From positions 30,298,299-30,362,298 of the forward strand of contig NC_134025.1 in assembly GCF_964204645.1 (NCBI RefSeq): a stretch of 64,000 bases of DNA, in the 5' to 3' direction. The notes beneath the pieces are model-generated. The model ran no database searches. It had not been told where the DNA came from and worked only from the letters and a program-made list of their open reading frames with translations. Position 1 is the stretch's first letter, and each line of letters starts with the position of its first letter. Positions 12,622 through 43,600 of the stretch are shown here, one piece after another. Source of the DNA: Tubulanus polymorphus (taxonomy: Eukaryota > Animalia > Nemertea). A program made the position numbers and the translations under genes.

Positions 12622-14439
12622 TTTGTAAACAGGAAATGTTTCTTTATAGAAAATGGAGTGAATTCGTCCTGGCTGTGAAACTGGGTTCATACTTCACTCT
12701 CAATATGAGACATTACTCTAAAACTTCTTGAAACTCCTTAAATTTTGGTAAAGTCTGAACAAAATGTTCAATATTCGACGTATTTCTGTCTATGACAATA
12801 GTACCTGGTCTAATTTATCAGCCTGGTATTCAATTTTACCTTTGTGAACCTCTTCAAATTTTCACAATTTCTTCATAAATCCTCCTAAGAAACTCCTGAA
12901 ATTCTCTGGGATGACCGAGAGCAGTATGAATCCTGTGTAAAAGGCGTGTAAATTGTAACTATTAGTTTATATTATAAAATATTTATACGAATCGACGCTG
13001 ATAATTGTAGTTTGTATAAAACTTGTGAATATGTAGAAAGTACAGTGAATTTCCAGGCTTCGGATAAGGATGATTTGAAACTAGGTTTCTCAGTTCTCAG
13101 TTAGAACACCCACCGCACAGGCCTGGAATTAGTCGGATTTTACTGTGAAACTCTACCGAAACTGAGATTCAGATATTCTGTAACTGCACCCCCATATCAT
13201 CCTGTAATTCGGCCTCCTTTACTCAACAAAGCCTAAAGCTTTTATAATGACCTCATAATGCACCAAATCTGAGTTAATTTTCAAGTTTATTTTCCACCGA
13301 GCCTCGGGTACTGCATACAAAATGGTCCTTTTCTGCTGCCCACATTCCAAATATCGCCCTGATCCAGGACCGTTTCGACCCTGATTTCTGTGTATAGAAT
13401 CTGACACTGTCTGATCTCGTATTTCATGGCTATTGTATTTTATCTAAATGAATTGTGGTTGAATTGAGGTTAGCTGTCAGATCGGGTTTCCTATTGAAAA
13501 ACTTCTTCGCATGAAACTAGATATTTATTGTGTAATAAAGTATCTCCCACGGGAGAACTGTGTGAGATTTATCTCAAAAATAATAATCATATGATTTGAT
13601 ATCTACTCGGCTTAGCGAGCTATATATGTATATATAGGTGTGTGTAGTGAAGTCTTGTTTATTGTTCTATGTTCAGTATAAAATATCATATCTCTATTTG
13701 AAAATGCTATTTCTATTTTGTTCGTTTTTTTTTTAATGAGGAGAATCATGTTTGAGGATGATTATAAACCGGTGTCAGTGGTTCTCCTAAACGGATACCT
13801 CCATTTTTTTGTTTCCCCTTGTTTCTCATCTCAAGTGAATCAATTCAAATATCACATTCGTTTCTGACATTAGTTTTTTTATGAGGAAAAAAAGCGGAAA
13901 ATGAATTGTTTTCAACGAAAATCAACTATTTATTCTATTAGGCACGAGCCTAATCCCGGGAATAATCGGACTAATGTGAGATGAGGAACGCTATTGGACC
14001 CGACCTGCACAAATAAACCATCATCCATTCTACCCTCGCTTCACCACAAAGGAAAAAAAATAAAACTCGTCCGAGGAATCTAGACAAAAAATCTGTTTCA
14101 TTGAAAACTTCTGCTTCATAATCAAATGGACGACGATTTATCTGATTCCATACATGATATTCAGTTATCAACTGCTGTGTTTGTTGTATATAATAGAAAA
14201 TATCGTCTTTCTTATGTTAAAAAGCGGAGAGGAGTGCATTACCGAGTCTAACAATAGATTTATTATTAGATATCAGCAAATCTACCAAAAATATCGCCGC
14301 AAATTGTAGTTGAACACTGTCAGCTATATGAGCCTGAAGCTATCTATTGAAGATTACGAAATTTGATGGCGTTTTTGAGGCGGGGCATCACTTCTGAAAT
14401 GAAAACGTAACGATGATATTTAAATTCAGTGAGTTTTAA

Positions 14440-14475
14440 GTATATATAGGCAGTATTACTGACGCTTAGTCTAGT
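14440..14475 (+). promoter_or_regulatory. Candidate SOBP core promoter (TATA plus Inr-like)
   Basis: TATATATAG at 14441-14449 and TTAGTC about 25 bp downstream, about 160 bp before the SOBP ATG. Confidence 0.45.
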
Positions 14476-14628
14476 CTCAGACTGTTGTGTGCAAGCAGTC
14501 GACAGAGCGGAGCATGATTGCCGCGAACCCGATGCTGGAGATCGTGTTGCAGATGCTCTCGGCTTTCAAGTCGATATATCCCAGATTTCCCGGAGATAAT
14601 ATTCATTCAGTTGAGATGTGTGGTTATA

Positions 14629-31818
<17,190 letters not shown>

Positions 31819-31848
31819 GTTCGTGGTCATTTCGCTGGGTTCGCATGA

Positions 31849-32087
31849 TTGGGGCGGAACCATTGACAGTAGCACAATGAAATAATCAGGGCTTACTGCT
31901 AAAAGGGGCAAGTACCCTTACAGAGCGAACGCTGTTGAGGAAGCCAAAAATGTAAGGGTTTGGATAAATCTTGGGAATTTCGGTGGATTAAGCCAATATA
32001 AGTGTAATTAGGTTCAATTCTTTCCTAAAAATGTACACGGAAGGAAGCACGTGCTGGTTGTGCGCCTGTCACATGGATCCGCCCCTA
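31849..32087. mobile_element. Degenerate inverted-repeat element just after the SOBP stop codon
   Basis: GGGGCGGAACCAT...ATGGATCCGCCCC. Confidence 0.45.
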
Positions 32088-32425
32088 AAGTACAGGGCTA
32101 GAAAGAGACCGTCTCAAGTATTATGAATGAACTACAAAACCGTTTTAGATGAAATATGTGAAAGACACACGTAGTGTGAAACCGTATCCATAGTTTATCC
32201 ATGGTGAAACCATCTCATCTCTCTCATCTCGATTATTTCTAAATGCCAATACGTTCGGTTTTCACGCTTTATGTTCACTATTTTTCACTAGATTTGATAC
32301 AAATACTTTTCGTTTCTACTGATGATGATGATTATGATAATCACGATGTAATTTTAAACCATGGTTCATTCTTTGACTCACGATGAGTGCAATTTTAGGT
32401 AATCTGGTATTGTGCATGCATTTAT

Positions 32426-32529
32426 CAGGGGTGTAGTGTAAGATGTTCTGAAGACGGGGTAATTTTTTAATAGCGGAACCTTGAATATATCTTTTTTTTT
32501 GGGGGGGGGGAGAGGAGGACACGCCCCTG
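32426..32529. mobile_element. Short non-autonomous DNA element with 5-bp TSD
   Basis: CAGGGGTGT...ACGCCCCTG, flanked by TTTAT on both sides. Confidence 0.65.
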
Positions 32530-33585
32530 TTTATATTAGAAAGATTCCTGTGCCATAAATTAATGTAGCGTAAAATATTCAACGATACAGTAGTAAAAGA
32601 TATATCAAAAACATGTATATACTTGCTTATATGAAGTTGTGGTAAATGATATGTTTTTAAAAATAGCATCGTAAAAAAAATTGTTGTCTTGGACATTGAA
32701 TGGATATTTGGTACTATATCAACTTCTAAAACTCCTAAAAGATTACCGGAAAATCAAGGTCTCTCTCTATTGTTTTCCAATTTTCCAATCTTGAATCCGT
32801 AGATTTCATTGAATATAGGAGGGTATGGATAGGCGTGTTATATATTAATGAGAATTATTCAGTTCCACAGTTGCGAGTAAAGATTTTATCTTACACTCAT
32901 TGAAAAAGCTGATTTTTAATTCCGATTTAAATCTAAGCATGGACTCTAAAACGAATCCACATTAACTCGCACAACTGTGGAACTGGATCCAGATTCATTG
33001 AGTGAAATTGTTCAAAAGATCAGATCGCGCGGTTATGCATGTGACGTCACGACGCATCGTTGTAACTGTCAAGAACAGTAAAAGTCGCATGTCAGTGACG
33101 TCACAACGCACGCGGCTGACTGTGTGAAATACTCAATGTGACGGCCAATATGACGCCTGTGACGCTCCGATACATTTTTTATTATATTTAGGAGAATAAC
33201 ACTTTGAATATCGAATTTGTATTTTCATTTTCATGTTAACTTTTTCTTCTTTATTTATGGGTGCTAATGTAATCTGATTAATGTTCAAAGACTATTTCAT
33301 TGTTAAACGGTTATTTTTGTATGTATAGATATAAGATATATGATCCAATTAAAACTTATCGATGGGAATTTACTCTTGTTGACTCGAAATTTCTTAATTT
33401 AGTCTCTCGAGATAAGGTGTCAGATATAGATGTAATATGACATCTCCTAGTCTATTGCTGGACGCTGCCGAGATGATGGGCGAGGGATTCTTTTGGATGC
33501 ATCGTGTTGGTTTTGTATCTCTGTGTCCTTAGGGGATGCTATTCACCAAACAGCCTACATATTCCAGTCACGAATACAGTGCATA

Positions 33586-33690
33586 TTTCTTGACCATGAC
33601 CACAGGCGAATTCCAGGTTGACTGAGAAGGTATAATTAGGTCATTTTGACGCATCCCCTGGATCATATCATCCTGAATTTGTCTGACAGG
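33586..33690 (-). mobile_element. Ty3/Gypsy reverse transcriptase relic
   Basis: Translates as QIQDDMIQGMRQNDLIIPSQSTWNSPVVMVKK, matching the Gypsy RT N-terminal IxPSxSPWxSPVVxVxKK motif; stop codons follow. Confidence 0.7.
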
Positions 33691-34174
33691 TTGAGGGTGA
33701 CATGCTCGTGACCCGTGGCTTTACCGAAGTGAGATAGTTCAGTCGCAAAATAATCACTATACTCGTTATGTTCGGGTTAGTATTTGGGAATCCTGAGAAG
33801 TCCTTGGAGAACGGAAAGAAACATCTGATGCACTTGAATGAGGATTTATCGTTTTAAATATCACTCCATAGTTAAAACCATCAACTTCATAATGTAATTA
33901 TAACTGTTAACTCCAACTCAAACTGTGGAACCGGGTCCTATAGCTTATTCAAACATTGAGTCCATGACTTAACAATTGAGTCAAACGCAAGAAACACAAA
34001 AAAGCAAACAAAACGATATCAATTAAAATGGCTCTTAATTATTGCTAAGCACTAGTACAAGTTTACAATATAAATTAAAAGCATTCTAACAATGGTCAGT
34101 CATCTAATAACAGGAACAAATGTGAGCAATAACTTTATTTCTGGTGTTAAATATTTGATTGTGCGGTGATTCGT

Positions 34175-36807
34175 TCATGTATTGTTTTTTAGCACTGTAT
34201 TAGTTTTCCATGCTCGTATCCGAATAGATATTTTATCTTTCATTGTTTTGTCACCACTAATTGACAATAAACGGACGCGTTTCACCTTTTTATTGCCATT
34301 TTCGTCGACTTCACTGACGAGGTCCACGTAGTCGCCTACGTTTATCTGCCAAAAAAATCAAAAAAACATTTCAGATTACAAAACTAGACAATGAACAATG
34401 ATATGCAGTGGACACTGTTTGATTTGGATGTTCTTGGATCTTGGAAAATAAGATGCCTCATTTGTATTTTTTCTTATATGAGGTCAAAATTCACTAGTCC
34501 CGCAAAGGAATTCCAGCAAGATGAGAAACAAGGTATATCTTTTTATTTTGGCCTAAAATGTGTCCGAAATAAGAGAGTGATGTCCGTGTCAAAATCAATC
34601 TGAATATTTCATACATTTCGATCTATTTACTGTCTATAGCCATCATTAGTTATCATATTATCAATCAACCTTTATATACAGTAAAACTCATCAAGTCTTT
34701 ATAGTTGTGATGATCTTTCATGTCGAAGACTTATCCAAATATCGACTTGCAGTAAATTGAATTGGAATTACAAATCAGGACATAAAAATAATCGGCGACT
34801 TATCCGATGATGACTTAACAGAGTTTGACTGTCGCCGAGACGTCGATACAATACACCCTCCCTTGATTTATAGATAAAACAAAAATTAACCTTCCCTATC
34901 AGCCAAAAACAAATTACCCGCAGGGCATCAGAATTTATTCAATAAATAAATAAGTTTCAAAGTACTACATTTCAAAAGTATCACTGACGGCGGTTTATGG
35001 TAAATGATGCTATTATTGGTTATAGCCTCTGAGAAAAACGTCCCGTTCATAGAGAACGCGGCTTACATTTCAAACGTAATCCGATCTTTCACTAAACCAA
35101 GACAAATGCGCATGTAACTTTCGATATAGATTAATGAAGTGGGGAGTTTTAAAATCGTTTGCTCAGGCACTCAGAAAATCAATATTCGAAACACGATCGC
35201 GTATCGTTTGTGGTTTCTGATGTTGCCTATTATCAAAATATCATCTTGCCTCCACACCCATTCAACGGGAAAATAGATTTTGAAATGGATCATTCGACAC
35301 CGCGAAACACGCGTGCTATATTCCCGATAATTACACAAGTTTTTAGACCGCCGCATGGCGTATACACGATACACGTATTAGAGACGAAGACTGAACCCTT
35401 GTGAAACGCGATTAAAAGCCTCAGGGAGATATACGTTCGAATCTGAATTATTCGTATGTTATTTCATCTAACAACATGGGAAAACTAATGGATGAATACT
35501 TGAGAAGGCTGACATTTCACCGCAGGTCCCATGTCATCAGATAGTTTGAAAAAGTTCCGGATGCAGTATATCTAAGTCTCTAGATCAAAGCCCTTATTTC
35601 ATGTGACATTCAGAAATAATTGTTTGCTGGCAGAAATTCAGTGAAAAGAATGAACTGAATAAAAGTTGATATTTCTTGGAGACAAATATCACTGTGTTGA
35701 TCACTGATTTTAAATTCAAGATTAGAAATGTATTGAATTACCTGCTGACTCTTTTTAAACAACCTTTTTCCATTTAAAAGCAGTTTACTCGACAAAAAGT
35801 AATCTTCCACTTTACTGAAAAAGAGAAAAGTAGGAGTTAAAATCAAATATTTTTTGTCATATTTCTTAGTATGTTTGAACTTCAAGATATTTGAATTTGG
35901 AATACAAAAAAAATTTGATTAGAGGAATAGTTGCAAAAATCTAATTGAAAATTTTTCATTTTCCAAATTTTCCTTCTTAGTGACTACTTCGCCATCTTTG
36001 TTTGAAAGCCGGTATTAAAGTTGACTTACTTGCGAGCGATGTTTAAGCCATTACTTATAACTGCATCAGCCCTCACTGATTTCACGTGACTCGTTACATC
36101 TTTAAAGTTACTATTAAAACTTTGATCTTCAATGAAGAAATTATCTTCAGCTTCGCTGTCAGATTCTTCATCTGAATCAACATCATCCTATAAAACAAAA
36201 AATGGCACATGGTCCTTAGAGATTTGAAAAAATGAGTCTAAATTATCGATCATGATCTATTTCAAATGTATCGATATATTTTCATTAATATCAATATTTC
36301 AAATATATCCATGTTTTCAATGTATCATATGTATCAATCTACTTCAAATGTATCAATCTATCAATCTATTTCTTCATTCACTCCATTACAACCCTCCTTG
36401 GATCTAAGACCTAGGATAAGACAATTCCTGATGTGGTGACAAACTGGGGGCCAGGTCGGGTGTTTCAGTTTCAACGTATTTCCTAGCTAGTTTACCTCTG
36501 CATCCGAGATCTTTTTCCGAGAAGCTCTTCTCTTTTTATAACGCAGTTGTAGCAGCATTATGTTCTCAAGATGACATGCCTTAGTCTTCCACAACCGGGA
36601 CGGGGTGGGGTGCGACAACGGGTCTCTCGTAACAATACTGGCACCGCTTAAAACTGAATAATATCGGCAATTTCTATCGACCGTTCTGTTCATACATGCA
36701 CCTGTCATCACTGTCAGCCTGCTGCTGCTGGTGCACAGATCTCCACCTAACACCAGTCCATCAGCGAATTTAGTGAAAACTAGAATTGTTCGTCGGAGAA
36801 ATGTCAT
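34175..36807 (-). CDS. MTRES1: Mitochondrial transcription rescue factor 1 (C6orf203-like, S4-like RNA-binding domain), 237 aa
   Basis: Exons 36496-36807, 36030-36187, 35742-35814, 34175-34345; total 714 nt, in frame. Arg/Ser-rich presequence-like N-terminus, basic LRYKKRR, acidic DSDEESDSE, then KSVRADAVISNGLNIARNKVEDYFLSSKLLLNGKRLFKKSQQINVGDYVDL...IRAWK, as in the MTRES1 S4-like domain. Confidence 0.9.
34679..34831. mobile_element. pogo/Tigger-like MITE in a MTRES1 intron
   Basis: TA-CAGTAAAACTC...AAGTC and GACTT...GAGTTTGACTG inverted ends. Confidence 0.55.
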
Positions 36808-37084
36808 TTTTCAACGGAGATTAGCAATAATTATACCTATCAATTCAATTCAACATTTGTCCATTTGTCGCGTTTTGGATATTTTCGGAGCCGTTCTAAG
36901 GAATGATTGGTTCTGCCAATAATGGGTAGCTCCGAGAATATCCAAATCAGGACACCCATATCGCGGCAGTGATCTCGGGCAATCCTTCCGTGATTCTTTA
37001 TCGGATGGCTCAGGATCGGCGCCTTCACAAATTTCGTTTTGGCTATCTCTCTTTCAGTTCATATTGAACCGCAATCCTGAATAT

Positions 37085-37097
37085 CAACATGGCGGCC
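37085..37097 (+). promoter_or_regulatory. YY1-like motif in the MTRES1 promoter region
   Basis: CAACATGGCGGCC, about 280 bp upstream of the MTRES1 ATG. Confidence 0.4.
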
Positions 37098-37599
37098 GAT
37101 TTAACCTATTCAAGCATTCCTTTGCCGTGTTCACAGGGCTCGTTGAAGGCTTTGCGTTAAACGAATCAGTCGATAACGAATTCTTAGATGACAGATATTT
37201 TGCTAGAAACAAGTGAAGAAATCAATCGATGATAATAGAAACTAATTGTTTATCGCTACAAGAATCATCGCGCTTTACATGGTACCACAAAAATCAAAAT
37301 GCCATTGCAAGAAAAGAACATAAAAACACTCGTAGACATTATTCAATTAATGGTAAAAAGCTTTCCTAAAAAGATATTTTGAGGTATGGCGTTTAAAAGT
37401 ATCGACGGATTCCCGGCAAATACAGCAAAAAAATTCCATCTCAGCGGGGCGTTTATTTCATTTAGAAAGCGCTTCAGTCGTCCTACCAACTGCGTTCACC
37501 ATTTGAGGAAATTTACGTTCATTTTGATTAAGTTGGTTGATGTTTTTTGTATTTTATTTCGTAGTATAACCGTCGTTAAATGGTAAACAAACTCGTCGC

Positions 37600-38347
37600 A
37601 ACCAAGGGTCTGAAAACGACCAGTTTATTTTCATGGCGGCATCATCGCAGCATAGGAGCAATAGGGATTCAAATTGTTTGCTATTAGTTTTCGATCAAGT
37701 CTATTCCATATGCCGGGTGTATAAAGGTGACGTCGCGTCAGTGTTTTATCATGCGGTAACTTCGACAATTCGAAATGTTCAGAGATATTTCTATAGATCA
37801 ATATTCAATGGTACCCGTGTGCCCGGTCTATGTGCTGGATGTATAACAAAGGTGACACAGGAAACTCGTTCAAAAAGAAGCAAAGCATTTAAAATATATG
37901 TTTTCGTTAATGTTTGCCGTTTACGGGCCAATCTTTAAGGAATATCTACCGAGTGTATCATTGATTCTTTTCAATATTGTTTTGATAGTAAAACCGCGAC
38001 AAATTCAGGCTAAACGTAAAGAAGATTTCACCTCACACGGAGGTGAGGATAAAAATAGAAATATTGATGTTAAAGCTACTAGAATGGCGATATCAGTTGT
38101 TTTGATTTTTCTGGTTTTTGAAGGACCTAGTTCACTCTCAACGATAACTCGTTACATTCGATCTCGCTTCAAGAATCTTCCTGATTTACCACGTGAATGG
38201 CATATATATGTCGACCCAGCTGTCGGAACTCTTTTTCCAATGTTGAATTCTTCATCTAACTTTTTCTTGTACTGTATTGTAAACAGTACGTTTAGAGAAA
38301 CAGCTCTGAAACTTTTACGAGACCGATGTAGGCGAAAAGCGACGTGA
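37600..38347 (+). pseudogene. Class A peptide-receptor-like GPCR (FMRFamide-receptor-like group), truncated and frameshifted
   Basis: ORF 37898-38347 carries TM5-TM7 (YLPSVSLILFNIVLI; KATRMAISVVLIFLVFEGP; LNSSSNFFLYCIVNSTFR). Upstream sequence has stops and apparent frame changes, and no intact TM1-4 or DRY-equivalent region is visible. Confidence 0.65.
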
Positions 38348-40434
38348 TCAAATAAAATGTCTAACTCGCATAAGTTGTCACAAGGTCGTCGTTATTTCAA
38401 ATCCTAATTCGTATTTCCAACGTAACTAATTGCAAGTCGTCATTTGTATAATTTGTCAACATAATGATCGTGTCCCAACTACGACCAACTTCAACTTGTC
38501 CTAAAAACCGTGAATGATGTTGAATGTTTACGCTTGGTTTTTATCGTGCTGAGTTTCGTTCTATTTCAAAGATTAGATACAAATTGTCCTTTCACACTTT
38601 ACCAGAGTATAAAAGAATGAATAAACTCGTTGCATTTTGATAACGCTGAAGTTTGTTTAAAGTATCATTTATGGTATTTGTCGATGTAATATGTCTGTGG
38701 TACATAAGGAGGTTTACTCTTGCACAGTTCAAGTATTTCTAGTACTTCCTATTTACTTGAATGGTTTGGTCTTGTTCCGTTTTCAACCATCAACTGATCA
38801 GCATCTGTCACTTGGATGTAATCTCTTATCTGGGGATAACTACAAAATATGTTAACAACATTTTAAGAAGATTAATTGTGTTGAAATTTAGAATCAAAAT
38901 GAAGTGAACTTTTCTCTGTTCATACGTTAAGCCGAACAAACAAACAAACAAAATACCACTTACATCTCGAGCTGGACTATAGAGTTTGCTGCCAAGTCCG
39001 GCCGCGGCTTAACTTTGACCGTTGTGCTGCCGCATTACATTACATTGACGGCGAATACGGGAACTAACTGCGATACGTTGTTCCTACCTCGATAATCCGC
39101 CATGTTTTATAATATTGTACCCATGATGCAACGTGCGCCCGTCTTTTAACTATACTATACCTGTATACAGAAAGGCTGGAAACGATCCTATCTCCGTAAT
39201 GCTTAAATCTACCCGCGTAGATTGAGACGAGAGCTGAAACGAAATGAGTAGACGTGATCCCGAGCGATCCGATTTCCCAATCCGTGCCGCGCGGTCCCCG
39301 CGAAGTATCTACTTGGGTAGGCCATATAATAGATACACCTGCCACATAACATATTTGCTTTTTTTGTGGAGCCGCGAGGGGAATTTTGAACGAGAGGAGA
39401 GTGCAGCGGGCGGTTGATGATGGAGGAGAGGTCCAGAGTTTCTAGTGTCAGTAACCAGACCAACCAGTTCAGTTGTCGTCGATGGCTGGGGGAGTGAGTG
39501 ACCACACCACAGTCCGCTGCAGCTGAACCTGTCCCGTCCGTGCGTACGCTACGCCACGGCCTGACTGAGAGCGAGGACCGAGGCTGCTGCTGAAATTCGA
39601 AGCTTAAAGTCAATTTTGATGGTCAATATTAGATCCATCTAAAACGTTCTGATGAATAAATCCTTGTGAACAAAAATATATGATGAAGTGCTTCAATTGA
39701 TGAGCCATCAATATCATTTGTTGAAATCACCACCAAAAGCTCTTCACATGAAGTTGAAAAGTTTCACCAGGAGCATGGAAGCAATGTTTGATTGCCGCAG
39801 CCAATTGCCGATTTTTGAAAGTTTCTGATATGTTGCTGCGGCGAATTAACTTCAATTTCATCAAAATCATGTTATTCTAAGAAAAAGATAGGTCGACTCA
39901 TCCAATAAATTGCTGTGGCTTTCGGATGCTGCTACACAGCGCAGTTACTGCAGTTCCAACGCCACAGTTTGCTGTCAGCATTTGCCATACTGGATATTTT
40001 GAGGGTCTCCAATGCGTTTAACCGTGGTTTTCAATGGTGAAATATAATTAAATGGCCTTTAAGTAGGCATATTTTGAAAATAGATATGTTTTGAACAATT
40101 TAAATCCTTGGGATATTTTAGGAGTTAGCCAATTAATATTGAAGTGTCTGGATATTATGAGTTGCCACCCTTTTCATTTTAGGGACATTCCTGGGATATT
40201 GGATGATATCTAATAAACTACAGTTCAAACTTAAACTTCACTAACCACAGAGTCTGAACAATGAAACATAAGAATAGATTCTATGTTTCATCATTGACTC
40301 TAGATTCGTCGTTTCATGTAATTGTTGATGATTATTGCCTATTGTTACTCAGTGCTGCCCTCTGTTAACTTATTAACATTTGTGTAGTTTGATTTCAGGT
40401 CGATAGGTGCGCTGTGAAACTGTAAACAAGAACA

Positions 40435-40662
40435 TGTGTTAGTGTGGATGACAGTGCACAGCGAGTGCTGAGTGGTAGTGTGTGTATTGCCCAGTGCCTG
40501 CCACGCTACTGCCACCGCCGGGGTGTCCACCGTGTCTCGAGTCACTACCCGCCGCGCGTGGAATATCTGTGTGTGTAAAACTGGACGTAGTGAAACAACG
40601 ATGTTTAAATCGTGAATTCATTCGTCACTTTGTGTGGAAAGGATTTTCATTATTCCGTGCAG
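40435..40662 (+). other. Candidate non-coding first exon of a large downstream gene
   Basis: GC/CpG-enriched leader-like stretch ending CAG|GTTGGT at 40662/40663; a second CpG-rich promoter-like patch lies at about 39250-39600. Confidence 0.35.
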
Positions 40663-43600
40663 GTTGGTTTTATAGTAGTTTCAGTAGTTATAAGTTTAGG
40701 TATAAATGAATTGCAGTAATTGAAGTGTCTCTGACGGGTGTTTGAACTTAGTTTATTAAATACTGTTTGTCTAATTGTGCGCTATGAATTGTCAATTCAT
40801 ACCTCATTCGTAGATATTCCTTCAATGTCAATAATAAGAAGTTTGAATGAATTTATATTCTATTAAATGCAAAGTGCATGTTAGTTTATATAGTTTTAAA
40901 TGAACTGTTATACATGTATATGGTAGGGTAATCGGATAATTATGAGTTGTTAGATTGGAAAATCTGCGCTGGGTTTTTTTTTAAAGTAGTCATAAAAACT
41001 TGTCATTTTAAAAGCATCTTATATTGAAAATTTGATTGAATCAGATTAAACCTGTTATGAAACTCGAAAGTCGTGTACGCATCAGACTAGATTAAGCGCA
41101 TCTGTCTCGATCTTTATTACTCTAAACTGCTTAACATTTTATGACTGCAATTTCAAGGTAACATTTTGCATCTCGTCACAGGATTACAGGAATCGTTCTA
41201 TAGATGACACCGGTTTCAATTGATGTTAAACACCACGGATGAATTCACAATTAACTAATTCGCTGTATTCTGTTAGATGCATGCTGTCGCATTACAATCT
41301 ATAGATTTTCACTTATTCATAACTTATGTTCCTTAATGAAATCATACACAGGTGATACTGGCACTAGTGTTGAAATGCATATGTTTCTGAAAGCCGCGTG
41401 TGGTTGGTTTATGTTTTACACTAGTGCTTGAAATTTTTATGAATAATCCTTAAAATTTCAGCGCATTTTCGTCGATATGATATCGACTTGTATGAAATGT
41501 TTTTTGAATATCCAGGTCACGATAAATTGATATTTTTTCTGCGTGTCTATCGTAGTCTACCACTGGCAAATCGGGTTCATTTCCTGCAAAAAAAAGCATG
41601 AGAAAAAATTGCATTTGATGTAGATGACAATAATTTAAAAGACTAACTAGTTCTCAACGAGCTCCCACGCTATATGATAAATCACTCAACATTTTCAAAA
41701 GCCAACATGGGAACTATTTAGAAAAAAAGGCAATACAATTCTTGAAGCCTTTTACAACCAATAATGAGCCTTTTCAATACGGACAGTTTTATGAGGTTTG
41801 AACATAAAGCCGACTTTCATCTTGTTAATAAGCATTTCGCAGTTTACGGAATTTGGATTGTGTTTATTAGAATTAATTTACCCCCCAGGGCTGATGAATT
41901 ATCGGGTTTCATAAAAGAAATGATTACTACGTATGAGTGAGATGAATGTGGGGTGATGTTGTGCAGTTAAAGTTGCGCGCGGCGCTTTTATAGAAATTCT
42001 AATTCTAATGACAAGATTCGCAATATTTGGGGAAAATTTCTTTATAACAAACCAGTATTAACCATGGCAACGGATTCGATGTTAGCACAAAGTAATACGA
42101 TCTTTCGCTTGATGACATTTCATAAAAACTTTTTTTAAACGAGGCAACAACATCGTCACGATGAAACGACAAAGATGTATCTCAGGTATCTGTAGGTAGA
42201 AATTTGAACTGCTGTCTTAAAGAAGTCCTTTCATGTAAACACATGAATATATGAGCAGAAACAGTTTGTATTAGTTTTTACGATATAACTAACGTTCGCT
42301 GCGAGTTTTATTAATTCAACGAATGTTTTCTCTGAATAGCGTCTAAAAGCCTAGCTCACATAGTAACATATAAACATGAAACAGAAACAATTTTCTGGCT
42401 TCGTGACTGTAACATGGAACAGTTTACCAAAACTTTTAAAAGTAACTTGAAGTGCAGTATAACAAAGCTGATTCATTCATTATTTTTGTACATATTTATT
42501 CATTTTTTAATGTGTAAATGTTTGTATGTAATTACTGTTTGTTCTTTGTGTCGTTATGTGTCAATTATTGTTTTGTCTCGTTGTCATTTCACTAGTACTC
42601 ATCGCCTTTGTTTTTACGTCAATTTCCACTTTTCTATCCTGTTCTGTCCTGTTCCCATGTACATGAATGGTTTGTTTGTGTATAAAATAAAATCAGTTCA
42701 GTTTTGGTATTTCAAGTTGCTCGTTGAGTCGTTACTGTTTTTGATATATTCTGGATGTTATGCGTGTCAGTTTACCAAAACAGAGGAGACAAGAAAATCC
42801 GTTGACCGGAACAATGTATAATGAAACATAAGTGTTACTAAAACACAAAATACCTGTTTTGATTGTTGTTTATGATGTCAGATTATCTAAACATGAAACA
42901 CCGATATAAAATAACCAATCAGTGACAATAAGCCATGGATCACAAGACTGATCAAAATCACCACCAATCAGTCATGGGATACATTTAAAGATTTTCTCAA
43001 CGCTAGGTGGCGCTTTAGGTTTTGTGGGTATTCTTAGGTTTATCGGGTACGGGCAAAACTGAATCATCGAAACGTGCAGACATGTCTGTTTCATGTTTGT
43101 CGTTTATTTCTCACTTTTAGTACACGCGCTAGGCTTGATTTGATCTTTATTTAATTTGTTTTAATAACAAAACCGATGTGTTGACTTTTTGATTAAATCG
43201 ATCGGATAATAAACATTGGTTACAAATTTTTTCCATTTGACACATTTTCATCGTTCATTTATAGAGACGTTGTACGACCAGTATCCCGAGCGAGTTCATC
43301 ATCGTACATTATGATATAGGATTGTTAGAGTTGATGTTTTCTACTTCAGCTGTGTTTGAACGCACGTTTCCCGAAGCTCTATTGATATAAATGCAAATTA
43401 TTTTCAGAATTGATGCAGTCGCCGAGTTTTGAATAGGTCTGCGTTGACTCGAGTACAGTCGAATTAAAATCGATAGATCTAAAGATTGGTTTGTTATATA
43501 CTACACTGTAGCATGCCGCGTCGTCCTCGTTCGTTCGTTCTCAGTTATCTGAGCTGCATTTCATGTATATACATAGAATCTATGATTTAAATAGGACCGC

